From positions 896,001 through 960,000 of the forward strand of contig CAXXLV010000002.1 in NCBI GenBank assembly GCA_963664305.2: 64,000 bases of DNA. Direction: 5' to 3'. Within the stretch, counting starts at the first letter, position 1. Each line of letters starts with the position of its first letter. The position numbers and the translations under genes are program-made. The notes below the pieces were generated by a model. The model saw only the letters and a list, made by a program, of their open reading frames with translations. It had not been told where the DNA came from and searched no databases. This DNA comes from an uncultured Aliarcobacter sp. (GTDB lineage: Bacteria; Campylobacterota; Campylobacteria; Campylobacterales; Arcobacteraceae). Positions 51,260-61,137 of this stretch are shown here, one piece after another.

Positions 51260-51814
51260 TTGAGAATAACTGTAGCTATTTCTGGTGCTAGTGGTACAAA
51301 TCTTGGTTTAAATTTCATTAAATATTTACCCAAAGAGATTGAAGTGTTTGTTGTGTTCTCTAAAAGTGCAAAAAAAGCTTTAAAATTAGAAAATAATATC
51401 TCAATAAATGAATTATTTAAAGACAATGAAAATATAACTGTTTTTAAAGATTCAAACATTGGTGCAAGTATTGCATCAGGCTCATTCAAAGTTGATAAAA
51501 TGATCATTCTTCCTTGTTCTATGAATACATTAGCAAAATGTGCTGTTGGAATTTCTGATTCACTAATTACTAGAGCTTTTACCGTAATGTTAAAAGAGAA
51601 AAGAGATATTGTAATAGCTCCAAGAGAGATGCCTTTAAGCACTATAGCACTAAAAAACATGTTAACTCTTTCTAAACTAGGTGTTACTATTGCACCTCCT
51701 ATTTTAGGTTATTATAGTAGTCAACAAAGTTTAGAAGAAATGGAAAAATTTTTAATTGGAAAATGGTTTGATTTATTAAAAATTGATAATAATTTATATA
51801 AAAGATGGGAATAA
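51260..51814 (+). CDS. ubiX: Flavin prenyltransferase
   Basis: AISGASG, IASGS, PCSMNTLAK, PREMP. Confidence 0.94.
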   Translation: MRITVAISGASGTNLGLNFIKYLPKEIEVFVVFSKSAKKALKLENNISINELFKDNENITVFKDSNIGASIASGSFKVDKMIILPCSMNTLAKCAVGISDSLITRAFTVMLKEKRDIVIAPREMPLSTIALKNMLTLSKLGVTIAPPILGYYSSQQSLEEMEKFLIGKWFDLLKIDNNLYKRWE

Positions 51815-51817
51815 GAT

Positions 51818-52309
51818 ATGTCAAATTGCAATATAAATTCATATAGAAAGGCCATATACAGTGGTACTTTTGACCCTATAACAAATGGTCATTTGGATAT
51901 TATAAAACGAGCAGCAAATATTTTTGATGAAGTAATAATTGCTGTTGCAAAAAGTGAAGCTAAAAAACCTATGTTCACTCATGAACAAAGAGTTTTATTT
52001 GCAAAAGCTGCTACGGAAGGGATTGAAGGAGTAAGAGTTTTAGGCTTTGATACTCTACTTGTTGATTTAGCTTTAAATTTAGAAGTTAATACAATTATTA
52101 GAGGATTAAGAGCTGTTTCTGACTTTGAATTTGAGTTACAAATGGGTTATGCAAACTCTTCTATAAATAAAAAAATTGAGACTTTATATCTTATGCCAAC
52201 TTTACAAAATGCCTTTGTAAGTTCAACGATAGTAAGAGAAATAATTAGATTTAATGGTAAATTTGAGCATTTAGTTCCACCAAGAGTTGTAGAATGTATG
52301 TCGTTATAG
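51818..52309 (+). CDS. coaD: Phosphopantetheine adenylyltransferase
   Basis: GTFDPITNGHLDII, RGLRAVSDFEFE, VSSTIVREI. Confidence 0.97.
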   Translation: MSNCNINSYRKAIYSGTFDPITNGHLDIIKRAANIFDEVIIAVAKSEAKKPMFTHEQRVLFAKAATEGIEGVRVLGFDTLLVDLALNLEVNTIIRGLRAVSDFEFELQMGYANSSINKKIETLYLMPTLQNAFVSSTIVREIIRFNGKFEHLVPPRVVECMSL

Positions 52310-52863
52310 AAGGTATTGATACAGCTGGGAAATCTACACAATTAGAATTACTAAAAAAGAAATTTCCAAACGCAACTTTTACAAAAGAACCAGGTGGAAC
52401 ACCAATTGGAATAAAACTAAGAGAAATGGCACTTGGTGGTGAAGCAAAATCAAAAATTGCAGAGATGTTTTTATTTTTAGCAGATCGTGCAGAGCATATT
52501 GAAGAAGTTATAAAAAGCAATGAAAATAAAATAGTAATTTCTGATAGATCAATGATTTCAGGAATTGCCTATGCAAATCAACTTGATATTGATAAATTAG
52601 TAGAATTAAATTTAATAGCAACAAATAATACACTACCTACTCATGTTATTTTACTTGAATTAACACCTGAAGAGTTAAAATTTAGATTATCACAAAAAGA
52701 TAATGATTCAATTGAATTAAGAGGTATTGATTATTTAATAAATATTCAAAATAGAATGAAAGAAACAATAAAAAAACTAAATATAAATCATATTTTTATA
52801 GATGCAAGTTTAAAAATTGAAGAGATAGAAAAAAAGATAGAGGATTTTATAAATGCCAAATAA
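52294..52863 (+). CDS. tmk: Thymidylate kinase
   Basis: IEGIDTAGKSTQ, EPGGT, LADRAEH, ISDR. Confidence 0.96.
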   Translation: MYVVIEGIDTAGKSTQLELLKKKFPNATFTKEPGGTPIGIKLREMALGGEAKSKIAEMFLFLADRAEHIEEVIKSNENKIVISDRSMISGIAYANQLDIDKLVELNLIATNNTLPTHVILLELTPEELKFRLSQKDNDSIELRGIDYLINIQNRMKETIKKLNINHIFIDASLKIEEIEKKIEDFINAK

Positions 52864-54094
52864 TGAAACAAAAAATATCAAAACGATACAAAGCCTAAGA
52901 GGTATGAAAGATATTGTAAATGAAGAGAGTGCTTTATTTACTTATTTTGTTGAAAATGCTTCTAGAATTGCAAAAAATTATGGCTTTTCGTATATTGAAA
53001 CTCCCCTTTTAGAAGAAACAGCTTTATTTAAAAGAAGTGTTGGAGAAAGTTCTGATATTGTAAATAAAGAGATGTATCAATTCATCGATAAAGGTGAAAA
53101 TGACGTTTGTTTAAGACCTGAAGGAACAGCAGGAGTTGTAAGACATTTTGTTGAGAAAAAACTTGACCGTGCAGGTGGAAACTATAAATGGTATTATTAT
53201 GGTCCAATGTTTAGATATGAAAGACCTCAAAAAGGAAGACTTAGAGAATTTCACCAATTTGGTTGCGAAGTATTTGGTATTGATTCAGTTTATGAAGATG
53301 CAAATATTATCATTATGATAAAAGAAATACTTGAATTTTTTGGAATAGGATTTACTTTAAAACTTAATTCTTTAGGTTGTAAAGAGTGTATGCCTCCGTA
53401 TAAAGAAAATCTAGTTAAGCATTTAACAAGTTTCAAAGAAGAACTTTGTGAAGATTGTAATAGAAGGATTTTAACTAATCCTATTAGAGTTTTAGATTGT
53501 AAAAATGAAAAATGCCAATTATTATTACACAATGCTCCAAAAATCACAACAAGTTTATGTAACTCTTGTGACAGTGATTTTGAAAAATTAAAAGAGATTT
53601 TAGATTTTAACAATATTTCTTATGAAGTTGATTCAAATTTAGTTAGAGGATTAGATTATTATAATAAAACTGCATTTGAATTTGTAAGTAATGAAATTGG
53701 TGCTCAAAGTGCAATAGCTGGTGGTGGAAGATACGATAGATTAGTTGAATTTTTAGGTGGAAAATCAACTGCAGGAATTGGATTTGCTATAGGAATTGAA
53801 AGATTATTAGAACTTGTAAAAATGCCAGAATGTAACCAAGATGTGATATACATTGGTGCTTTAGATGAAAATTCTTTAAATACAGTACTAAAAGTTGCAA
53901 ATCAAAAGAGAAAAACAACAAAAACTTTAGTAGAATACGCGCCTAGAAGTTTTGGAAAACATTTTGGAATAGCTGAAAAATTAGGAGCTAATATTGTTGC
54001 GCTAATTGGCGAAAATGAGTTAAAAAATGGAACAATTTATATAAAAAATTTAAAAACTAAAGAAGAATCAAATTTAAAATTAGAGGAATTTTAA
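52853..54094 (+). CDS. hisS: Histidine--tRNA ligase
   Basis: RGMKD, LRPEGTA, FRYERPQKGRLREFHQ, LVRGLDYY, GGGRYD. Confidence 0.98.
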   Translation: MPNNETKNIKTIQSLRGMKDIVNEESALFTYFVENASRIAKNYGFSYIETPLLEETALFKRSVGESSDIVNKEMYQFIDKGENDVCLRPEGTAGVVRHFVEKKLDRAGGNYKWYYYGPMFRYERPQKGRLREFHQFGCEVFGIDSVYEDANIIIMIKEILEFFGIGFTLKLNSLGCKECMPPYKENLVKHLTSFKEELCEDCNRRILTNPIRVLDCKNEKCQLLLHNAPKITTSLCNSCDSDFEKLKEILDFNNISYEVDSNLVRGLDYYNKTAFEFVSNEIGAQSAIAGGGRYDRLVEFLGGKSTAGIGFAIGIERLLELVKMPECNQDVIYIGALDENSLNTVLKVANQKRKTTKTLVEYAPRSFGKHFGIAEKLGANIVALIGENELKNGTIYIKNLKTKEESNLKLEEF

Positions 54095-54096
54095 CA

Positions 54097-55908
54097 GTGA
54101 AAAACAATTATGGTATAGATATTTGGAGTGATGGTAATTTTATTATTGAAAATGGTGTAGCAAAAGTTAATTTTGATTGTAAGCCTTCATTAATCTCTAT
54201 TGTAAAAGATATAAGAAAACAAGATTTTAAAGGACCTTTACTATTAAGATTTCCTCATATCACAAAAAAACAAATTAAAACACTCTTTAATACATTTAAT
54301 GCGAGTATTAAAGAGTATGACTATAAAGGAAAATTCAATGCAGTTTTTCCTTTAAAAGTTAATCAATTACCAAACTTTATTCATCCCTTAGTAAGTGCAG
54401 GAAAAAAATATAATTATGGATTAGAAGCTGGAAGTAAAGCTGAACTTATTATTGCTATGACATATAACAATATGGGAAGTCCTATTACTATTAATGGATT
54501 TAAAGATAAAGAAATGATTCATTTATGTTTCATTGCAAAAAGTATGGGACATAATATTACAATTATTATTGAAGGTTTAAATGAACTTGAGATGATTATT
54601 GAAGTTGCAAAAGAGACAAAATTAGAATCTCCAAACATTGGATTAAGAGTAAGACTTCACAGTGGAGGAAGTGGATTATGGGCAAAAAGTGGAGGGATTA
54701 ACTCTAAATTTGGTCTAACATCTACTGAAATTTTAGAAGCTTATGAATTAATGGAAGAGCATGATTTAGTAAAATATTTAACAATGATTCACTTCCATAT
54801 TGGTTCAGCTATGAATTCAATCAAACCTTTGAAAAAAGCTTTAAGAGAATCTGGACATATTTATGCAGAGTTAAAAAATCTTGGAGCAATGAATTTAACA
54901 TCAATTAATATTGGTGGAGGATTAGCTGTTGAATATAGTGCTTATGAAAGAACAAGATTCTATTCACTTTCAGAATTTGCAAATGATGTTGTGTTTACAT
55001 TAAAAGAGATTGCAAAACAAAAAGGTGTTGATGAACCAAATATTTTCACTGAATCAGGAAGATTTATTAGTGCTGCTTCAACTGTTTTAATTACTCCAGT
55101 TCTTGAACTATTCTCTGCTGAATATGAACTTGACCATTTAAAATTAAAAGAGAAAAATCCACCTTTAATTCAAGAATTATTTGACTTATTTAGAGATATG
55201 ACTAAAAAAACAGCTTATGAGTTTATGCACGATAGTATTGACCATATGGAATCTTTATTAACTCTATTTGATTTAGGTTATATTGATTTACAAGATAGAT
55301 CAAATGCTGAGATTTTAACACATCAAATTATCAAAAAAGCTATTTCATTACTTCAAATTGATGATTATGAAGAGTTAAAAAAACTTGATGAGAATATTCA
55401 AGAAAAATATTTATTAAACTTCTCATTATTCCAATCATTACCAGATTATTGGGGAATTGACCAAGAATTTCCAATCATGCCAATAACACATCTTGATAGA
55501 AATCCTACAAGAAGTGCATCATTATGGGATATTACTTGTGATAGTGATGGTGAATTACCATTTGATATCAAAAAACCTTTATATTTACATGATGTAAATT
55601 TAAATAAAGAGGATTATTTTATTGGTTTCTTTAATGTTGGAGCTTATCAAGATACATTAGGAATGAAACATAATCTTTTCTCTCATCCAACAGAAGTAAA
55701 TGTTGTATTTAAAGATGATGAAGTTATTTTAGAAAAAGTATTAGAATCTCAAAAAATTATAGATATATTAGAAGATATTGATTATGATACAGATGAAATT
55801 AGAAAAATTTTAAGTAAACACTTATCAAAAGATATTTATCAAGTATTAGAAAAATATCTAAATGAAAATAGTTACTTAAAAACTATATGGAGTTATTATG
55901 ACGAATGA
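54097..55908 (+). CDS. speA: Biosynthetic arginine decarboxylase
   Basis: FPLKVNQ, GLEAGSKAE, HFHIGS, ESGRF, DITCDSDG. Confidence 0.95.
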   Translation: MKNNYGIDIWSDGNFIIENGVAKVNFDCKPSLISIVKDIRKQDFKGPLLLRFPHITKKQIKTLFNTFNASIKEYDYKGKFNAVFPLKVNQLPNFIHPLVSAGKKYNYGLEAGSKAELIIAMTYNNMGSPITINGFKDKEMIHLCFIAKSMGHNITIIIEGLNELEMIIEVAKETKLESPNIGLRVRLHSGGSGLWAKSGGINSKFGLTSTEILEAYELMEEHDLVKYLTMIHFHIGSAMNSIKPLKKALRESGHIYAELKNLGAMNLTSINIGGGLAVEYSAYERTRFYSLSEFANDVVFTLKEIAKQKGVDEPNIFTESGRFISAASTVLITPVLELFSAEYELDHLKLKEKNPPLIQELFDLFRDMTKKTAYEFMHDSIDHMESLLTLFDLGYIDLQDRSNAEILTHQIIKKAISLLQIDDYEELKKLDENIQEKYLLNFSLFQSLPDYWGIDQEFPIMPITHLDRNPTRSASLWDITCDSDGELPFDIKKPLYLHDVNLNKEDYFIGFFNVGAYQDTLGMKHNLFSHPTEVNVVFKDDEVILEKVLESQKIIDILEDIDYDTDEIRKILSKHLSKDIYQVLEKYLNENSYLKTIWSYYDE

Positions 55909-56647
55909 TGAAATAAATAATAAAGAAAATATCTCTTTATGGCAACAGATAAAAGAGGATTTTTCTGTTCCAAAATTAAATGACCCAGCATTAGATTCAA
56001 ATATTGAACTATTTTTCAACTATCCAGGTGTTTGGGCAATTGCAAATCATAGAATTGCACATAAATTATATAATAGCGGTTGGAAAAAACTAGCTCGAGC
56101 TCTTGTAGGAATTGGTTCAATTTTTACTAAAACAGATATTCATCCAGCTGCAACTATTGGAAGAAGAGTATTTATCGACCATGCAATTGGAGTTGTAATT
56201 GGTGCAACTGCTATTGTTGAAGATGATGTTTTAATCTATCAAGGTGTAACACTTGGTGGAGTAAGTCTTAACAAAGGGAAAAGACATCCAACAATTAAAT
56301 CAAATGTGGTAATTGGAAGTGGAGCAAAAGTTTTAGGAAATATAACTATTGGTCAAAACTCAAAAATTGGAGCAAATTCAGTTGTAGTTTGTGATGTTCC
56401 TGAAAATTCAACTGCTGTTGGTGTTCCTGCAAAAATTATAAAAAGAGATAATAAAAATTGTAAATTAGCCCATGGTGATTTACCTGATATCAACAAAGAG
56501 ATGTTTAAATATCTACTTGAAAGAATCCATGTTCTTGAAGTTGCTTTAAAAGAAGAAGATGGAATTGATGTTAGTGAAAAAGATGAAAAATTAGAATCAG
56601 ATTATAATAATTTTATAGAGGCAATGAACTCAATCAAAAAGGCTTAA
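55898..56647 (+). CDS. cysE: Serine O-acetyltransferase
   Basis: YPGVWA, DIHPAA, FIDH, QGVTLGG, KRHPT hexapeptide repeats. Confidence 0.95.
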   Translation: MTNDEINNKENISLWQQIKEDFSVPKLNDPALDSNIELFFNYPGVWAIANHRIAHKLYNSGWKKLARALVGIGSIFTKTDIHPAATIGRRVFIDHAIGVVIGATAIVEDDVLIYQGVTLGGVSLNKGKRHPTIKSNVVIGSGAKVLGNITIGQNSKIGANSVVVCDVPENSTAVGVPAKIIKRDNKNCKLAHGDLPDINKEMFKYLLERIHVLEVALKEEDGIDVSEKDEKLESDYNNFIEAMNSIKKA

Positions 56648-56648
56648 T

Positions 56649-57386
56649 TTGATTTTTGAATTATTAGCTTTTGGTTTAATTGCTGGTTTTATGTCTGGTT
56701 TTTTTGGAATTGGAGGAGGAACTATCCTTGTTCCAATTTTAGTTCTTGCTGGATTTATGATGAAAGAAGCCGTTGCAATATCTATCATGCAAATGGTTTT
56801 TTCTTCAATTTACGGCTCATTCTTAAATGTAAAAAAAGCTCAATATGTTTTAAAAGATGGTTTAATAATTGGCTTTGGAGGTTTCGTTGGTGGACTTCAA
56901 AGTGGATTTATTGTAAAAAATGTTTCAAATGAATTTTTACAATATATCTTTATAGCTGTTTTAGTTTTTTCTATAGTTAAAATCTTTTATTCTCCAGCTC
57001 AAAGAATAGATGAAGAGACGAAAAGTCAAAATAAATTTATCTTATTTGTAATTGGTTTTTTCATTGGAGCAGTTGCAATGAGTATTGGAATTGGTGGTTC
57101 TATAATTTTAGCTCCAATTTTAGTAGGTTTTTTAAGATATGATTTAAAAGTAGCAACAGCACTTGGACTATTTTTTGTAATTTTTTCTTCTGTTGCAGGA
57201 TTTATTTCTCAATCTTTACAAGGATTAATGCTTTATTATGAAGGTTCTATTATAGGTATTGCTTCATTAGTTGGAGTATATTTTGGAATAAAAGTAAAAA
57301 ACATGGTTCATTCTACTTCATATAAAAAGTACGTTTTACTTTTAAGTATAGTAGTTCTTATTATTATGATTTATAAGACTTTTTAG
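56649..57386 (+). CDS. TauE/SafE family sulfite exporter
   Basis: GFFGIGGG and SIGIGGS repeats, multiple TM segments. Confidence 0.9.
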   Translation: MIFELLAFGLIAGFMSGFFGIGGGTILVPILVLAGFMMKEAVAISIMQMVFSSIYGSFLNVKKAQYVLKDGLIIGFGGFVGGLQSGFIVKNVSNEFLQYIFIAVLVFSIVKIFYSPAQRIDEETKSQNKFILFVIGFFIGAVAMSIGIGGSIILAPILVGFLRYDLKVATALGLFFVIFSSVAGFISQSLQGLMLYYEGSIIGIASLVGVYFGIKVKNMVHSTSYKKYVLLLSIVVLIIMIYKTF

Positions 57387-57396
57387 TCTTATAAAT
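57369..57396. terminator. Hairpin spanning the stops of the convergent tauE-like and helicase genes
   Basis: ATTTATAAGACT-tttt-AGTCTTATAAAT, 12-bp stem. Confidence 0.65.
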
Positions 57397-58615
57397 TTTT
57401 TTGCTCTCTTAATTTATCTTTTTTACTTTTTCTTTTACCTTTTACAGGCGCATTTCCTTTTTCTTTTTTTATTGGTTTTCCAATTAATTCAAAACTTTCT
57501 ATCTCTTCTTTTTCTAATTTTATGTCGCATCTCTTTTCTATCAAAGAAAAATGTTCAAAATCTTCTAATCCTATAAATGATATAGCAATTCCACTTTTTC
57601 CAGCTCGTCCAGTTCTTCCAATTCTATGTATATAATCAGCTGTTGCTCTTGGTAAATCATAATTTACAACACAACTTATATCATCCACATGAAGTCCACG
57701 TGCTGCAATATCTGTGGCAAATAAAATCTTTATTTTTTTATTTTTAAAATCCTCAATTGTTTTATTTCTTTCATCTTGAGTTAAATCAGCATGAAAAGAA
57801 GAGGCATTAAATCCATATTTTCTAAATTTTGAAGCTATATTGTCACAAGCTCTTTTATTTGCCATAAAAACTAAAATTTGTTCCCAATTATTTGTAGATA
57901 CAAGATGTCTTAAAAGTGGGCTTCGATTTTCTATATTTACAGTTATTGCTCTTTGTTTGATACTTTGTACTGTTGGTGTTTCATCAATAGAAACTTCGAT
58001 AGCATTTTTTGTAATTTTTGAAATAATATTTTTTACTTTTAAAGGATAAGTTGCAGAAAAAAGAAGATTTTGTCTAGTTTTTGGAATCATTTCTAAAAGT
58101 GTATCTAACTCTTGTTCAAATCCTAAATCAAGCATTTTATCAGCTTCATCTAAAACCAAAAATTCTAACTTCGATAAATCTAATTGTTTTTTATCTAATA
58201 TATCAACTAATCTTCCAGTAGTTGCAACAACTATATCACAACCTTTTTGAATATCTAAAAGTTGAGTTGAAATACTTTCTCCACCAATAACACTCACTAT
58301 CTTTGGTTTTTTATCTAAGTATTTAGAAAATAAAGAAAAAGTATGAGAAATTTGTAAAGCTAATTCTCTTGTAGGAGTTAAAACTAAAACTTTTACTTTA
58401 GCTTTTCCTTCATAATTTTGTTTTGAAAAAAGTTCTAAAATAGGCAAAACAAAACTTGCTGTTTTTCCACTTCCTGTTTGAGCTTTTGCCATAATATCTT
58501 TTTTTTCTAAAATAAGTGGGATTACTTTTTCTTGAATTGGTGTTGGATTTTTATAATTACTCTCTTTTAAACTTTTATTTAAATCTTGAGAAATGATTAG
58601 TTTTGAAAATGGCAT
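57389..58615 (-). CDS. DEAD-box RNA helicase (RhlE-like)
   Basis: PTPIQ, AQTGSGKT, PTRELA, DEAD, FSAT, ARGL, HRIGRTGRAG. Confidence 0.95.
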   Translation of the reverse strand: MPFSKLIISQDLNKSLKESNYKNPTPIQEKVIPLILEKKDIMAKAQTGSGKTASFVLPILELFSKQNYEGKAKVKVLVLTPTRELALQISHTFSLFSKYLDKKPKIVSVIGGESISTQLLDIQKGCDIVVATTGRLVDILDKKQLDLSKLEFLVLDEADKMLDLGFEQELDTLLEMIPKTRQNLLFSATYPLKVKNIISKITKNAIEVSIDETPTVQSIKQRAITVNIENRSPLLRHLVSTNNWEQILVFMANKRACDNIASKFRKYGFNASSFHADLTQDERNKTIEDFKNKKIKILFATDIAARGLHVDDISCVVNYDLPRATADYIHRIGRTGRAGKSGIAISFIGLEDFEHFSLIEKRCDIKLEKEEIESFELIGKPIKKEKGNAPVKGKRKSKKDKLREQKNL

Positions 58616-58788
58616 ATAAAAAATCCTTTTTTTTGATTTTGTATTTTATGATTATTTACCTTTGTTTGAAGATAGATTATCAAATCTCTATTTTTACTTT
58701 TAGTTTCTATACTATATAATTCCAAAAAATTTTCACTAAAGGCTTACAAATCGAAAACTCCATTTTACAAATAAAACTTACTTTAGTT

Positions 58789-59217
58789 TTGATATATGAA
58801 TTTTTGTTATCTTCTTACGATGTTCCTGTTTGGCTATTACTGATTATCTCTATTTTAGCTTTAACTTCAATTTTTAAATTTTTTATCTATCTTCAAAATC
58901 GTTCAAAAATAGAATATTTAAAATATATTGAAGATAATATTTATAATGCAAAATGGAAATGGAAATGGTCAAAAAATAAAATTGTAGATTTACAATGTTA
59001 CTGTCCAACTTGTGATGCAGTTTTAGTTTATGATGATACATCTCACATAAAACCAACTGAACTATTAAAAACTGAATTTATATGTGAAAATTGTAATTCT
59101 CAAATTATTGCAACTATTCGTGGAGGAAATAAAAACTACGCTATAAATGCTGTAAAACGAGAAATAGAAAGACGTGTTAGAACTGAAGAGTACAAAACAA
59201 GTATTAAAGATAATTAA
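58789..59217 (+). CDS. Hypothetical membrane-anchored zinc-ribbon protein (start uncertain)
   Basis: N-terminal TM, then CPTC...CENC. Confidence 0.65.
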   Translation: MIYEFLLSSYDVPVWLLLIISILALTSIFKFFIYLQNRSKIEYLKYIEDNIYNAKWKWKWSKNKIVDLQCYCPTCDAVLVYDDTSHIKPTELLKTEFICENCNSQIIATIRGGNKNYAINAVKREIERRVRTEEYKTSIKDN

Positions 59218-59226
59218 TACTTGTTT
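59195..59226. terminator. Probable bidirectional terminator
   Basis: AAACAAGTATTAA-agataa-TTAATACTTGTTT, 13-bp stem between convergent genes. Confidence 0.7.
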
Positions 59227-59231
59227 CTTCT

Positions 59232-59741
59232 TTAAAACCAATATTGTGGATAATTTCTATTTTTATGTAAATTATTATAAAAAAGTGCCACAATTACTAA
59301 AATAATAGACCCCAATAAAGTTGGAAAAATCAAATAATCCCAATTTGCACCAAGTAAAAAAACTATCAAAGGATTCGAACCTGCTGGTGGATGAACTGTA
59401 TTTGTTGCAAGCATAACAGCAATTGCAGTAGCAAGTGCTAAGGCCATACTCCAATATTCATTTCCTAAAAAATGTAAAAAAGCTAATCCAATAAATGTAG
59501 ATAAAAAATGCCCTAAGATTACATTTCTTGGTTGTGAAAATGGACTTTTTGGAAATCCAAATAATAATACACATGAGGCTCCAAAAGAACCCATAACTAA
59601 AAGATTATCATAAGATTTTGTAAGATAACCAATAATAAATATAGAAATAAATCCACCAAACCAAGCAAAGGCTATTTCACTAATTGACGATTTTGTTGGA
59701 AGTGCTTCGCCCTGCCCTTTAAATTTTTTAAAATAATTCAT
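59232..59741 (-). CDS. HPP family membrane protein
   Basis: SFGASCVLLFG.P.SPFSQPRN, HPPAG, YPQYW. Confidence 0.94.
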   Translation of the reverse strand: MNYFKKFKGQGEALPTKSSISEIAFAWFGGFISIFIIGYLTKSYDNLLVMGSFGASCVLLFGFPKSPFSQPRNVILGHFLSTFIGLAFLHFLGNEYWSMALALATAIAVMLATNTVHPPAGSNPLIVFLLGANWDYLIFPTLLGSIILVIVALFYNNLHKNRNYPQYWF

Positions 59742-59769
59742 ATTTTTCCTTTGTAATATTTTATATCAA

Positions 59770-59784
59770 CCAAACGATTGTTTG
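59770..59784. promoter_or_regulatory. TetR operator, copy upstream of the HPP gene
   Basis: CCAAACGATTGTTTG, identical over 15 bp to the site at 60371. Confidence 0.8.
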
Positions 59785-59807
59785 TTTAAAAAAGGTAAAA
59801 AAAATCA

Positions 59808-60362
59808 TTAGATTAAACTAATGATTTTTTCACCTACTTTTAGATAATTTTGCGATGAATCATATAAATTCATCATCATTATGGTACCTTGAGTTAAAGC
59901 TACATACTCTTTGGCTAGATTTGATGCTTCAGTTTTTGAGTATTTGTTCTCAAAGATTTTTATTAAAGCATTTTCCCAATCTGTAAAATAAAGCTTTATC
60001 TCTTCTTTAAAATCAAGATTTAAACTACTAGCTTCCAAAGCTAAATTTCCAAGTAGACAACCACCTTTACTATGTAAAAAATAGTCATCAGTTTTTTTGA
60101 CTATTAGCTCGATTTTTTGTTTATCACTCAAATCACTTCTATAAGCAATAGAAAAAATCTCTTTTTTAAAATAATCATGAATATACTTCAAAGATTCTAA
60201 ACCTATCTCTTCTTTACTTTTAAAATGATGATAAACACTTCCTTTTATAAGCCCGCAAGCCTCAGCTATATTTGCCATTGAAGTATTTGAATATCCTCGT
60301 ATTTTAAAAAGTTTAATAGATTCTTTTAAAATCTCTTCTTTTGATGTTTTTTTGATTGCCAT
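59808..60362 (-). CDS. TetR/AcrR family regulator (NemR/YxaF-like C-terminus)
   Basis: LF..RGY..TSMANIAEACGLIKGSVYHHFKSKE HTH, GCLLGNLALE. ATG 60362 preferred because the track's TTG lies inside the operator. Confidence 0.93.
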   Translation of the reverse strand: MAIKKTSKEEILKESIKLFKIRGYSNTSMANIAEACGLIKGSVYHHFKSKEEIGLESLKYIHDYFKKEIFSIAYRSDLSDKQKIELIVKKTDDYFLHSKGGCLLGNLALEASSLNLDFKEEIKLYFTDWENALIKIFENKYSKTEASNLAKEYVALTQGTIMMMNLYDSSQNYLKVGEKIISLI

Positions 60363-60370
60363 AATTTTAT

Positions 60371-60386
60371 CCAAACGATTGTTTGG
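60371..60386. promoter_or_regulatory. TetR operator, autoregulatory copy
   Basis: CCAAAC-GATT-GTTTGG palindrome between a minus-strand TAAAGT -10-like box and the ATG. Confidence 0.8.
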
Positions 60387-60430
60387 TAAAACTTTAGCTT
60401 ATGGTAGCTTAAAGAATTATTCATAAAATT

Positions 60431-61111
60431 TTATTTTAATTTATTTTCTAAATTCACCATTTTAAATATGTGAGTATAAATATTAACATCCAAAGCATTT
60501 TCTACCATTTTGTATTTATCATCTTCTGACATTTCATTCCAACCCTTTAATTGTTTATAATCAATACCTTTATATGATAATAATTCTTCAGGTATAATTT
60601 CTTGAATTCTTATTTTTAATTTTTTTATATCTTCATCTAAATTAATTGAAATTGGAGTTATAAAATTATTACTAATAATTTTCAACATTAAATTAAATAA
60701 AATATCTGAAAAATATTCATAAAATTTTGTACAAGTTGCATCTTCAGTTAAAGGGAATAGAAGTTTAGTATCTTCAAATAAAAATATAATATTATATTTT
60801 GATAAATTTGAATGAGCCAATAAATTTCTTATTCTTCTAATTCCATATTCTTCATTGTTCAAAAACTCATATTCAATTTCACTAATATAATTTTTTTCTT
60901 TAAGTTTTTTAATAATATCTACAAAATTAATTTTATCAAATTTTCTTATTTGAGATTTAGCAATATTTTCTAAAATATTAAACAAATATATTAATGAAGC
61001 ATGTCCACTAAAATTCTCAACTTTAATTATTTCTTCACAAGATATTAACAAATTTCCATAATATCGTGAATATTGCCAAATATAACCTATTACTTCTTGT
61101 TTTGTATACAT
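60431..61111 (-). CDS. Hypothetical protein with HEPN-like RxxxxH motif
   Basis: 226 aa, helical; NILE early and IRRIRNLLAHSN centrally. Confidence 0.65.
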   Translation of the reverse strand: MYTKQEVIGYIWQYSRYYGNLLISCEEIIKVENFSGHASLIYLFNILENIAKSQIRKFDKINFVDIIKKLKEKNYISEIEYEFLNNEEYGIRRIRNLLAHSNLSKYNIIFLFEDTKLLFPLTEDATCTKFYEYFSDILFNLMLKIISNNFITPISINLDEDIKKLKIRIQEIIPEELLSYKGIDYKQLKGWNEMSEDDKYKMVENALDVNIYTHIFKMVNLENKLK

Positions 61112-61137
61112 AAAATATAAATTCCCTTATTTCATAT

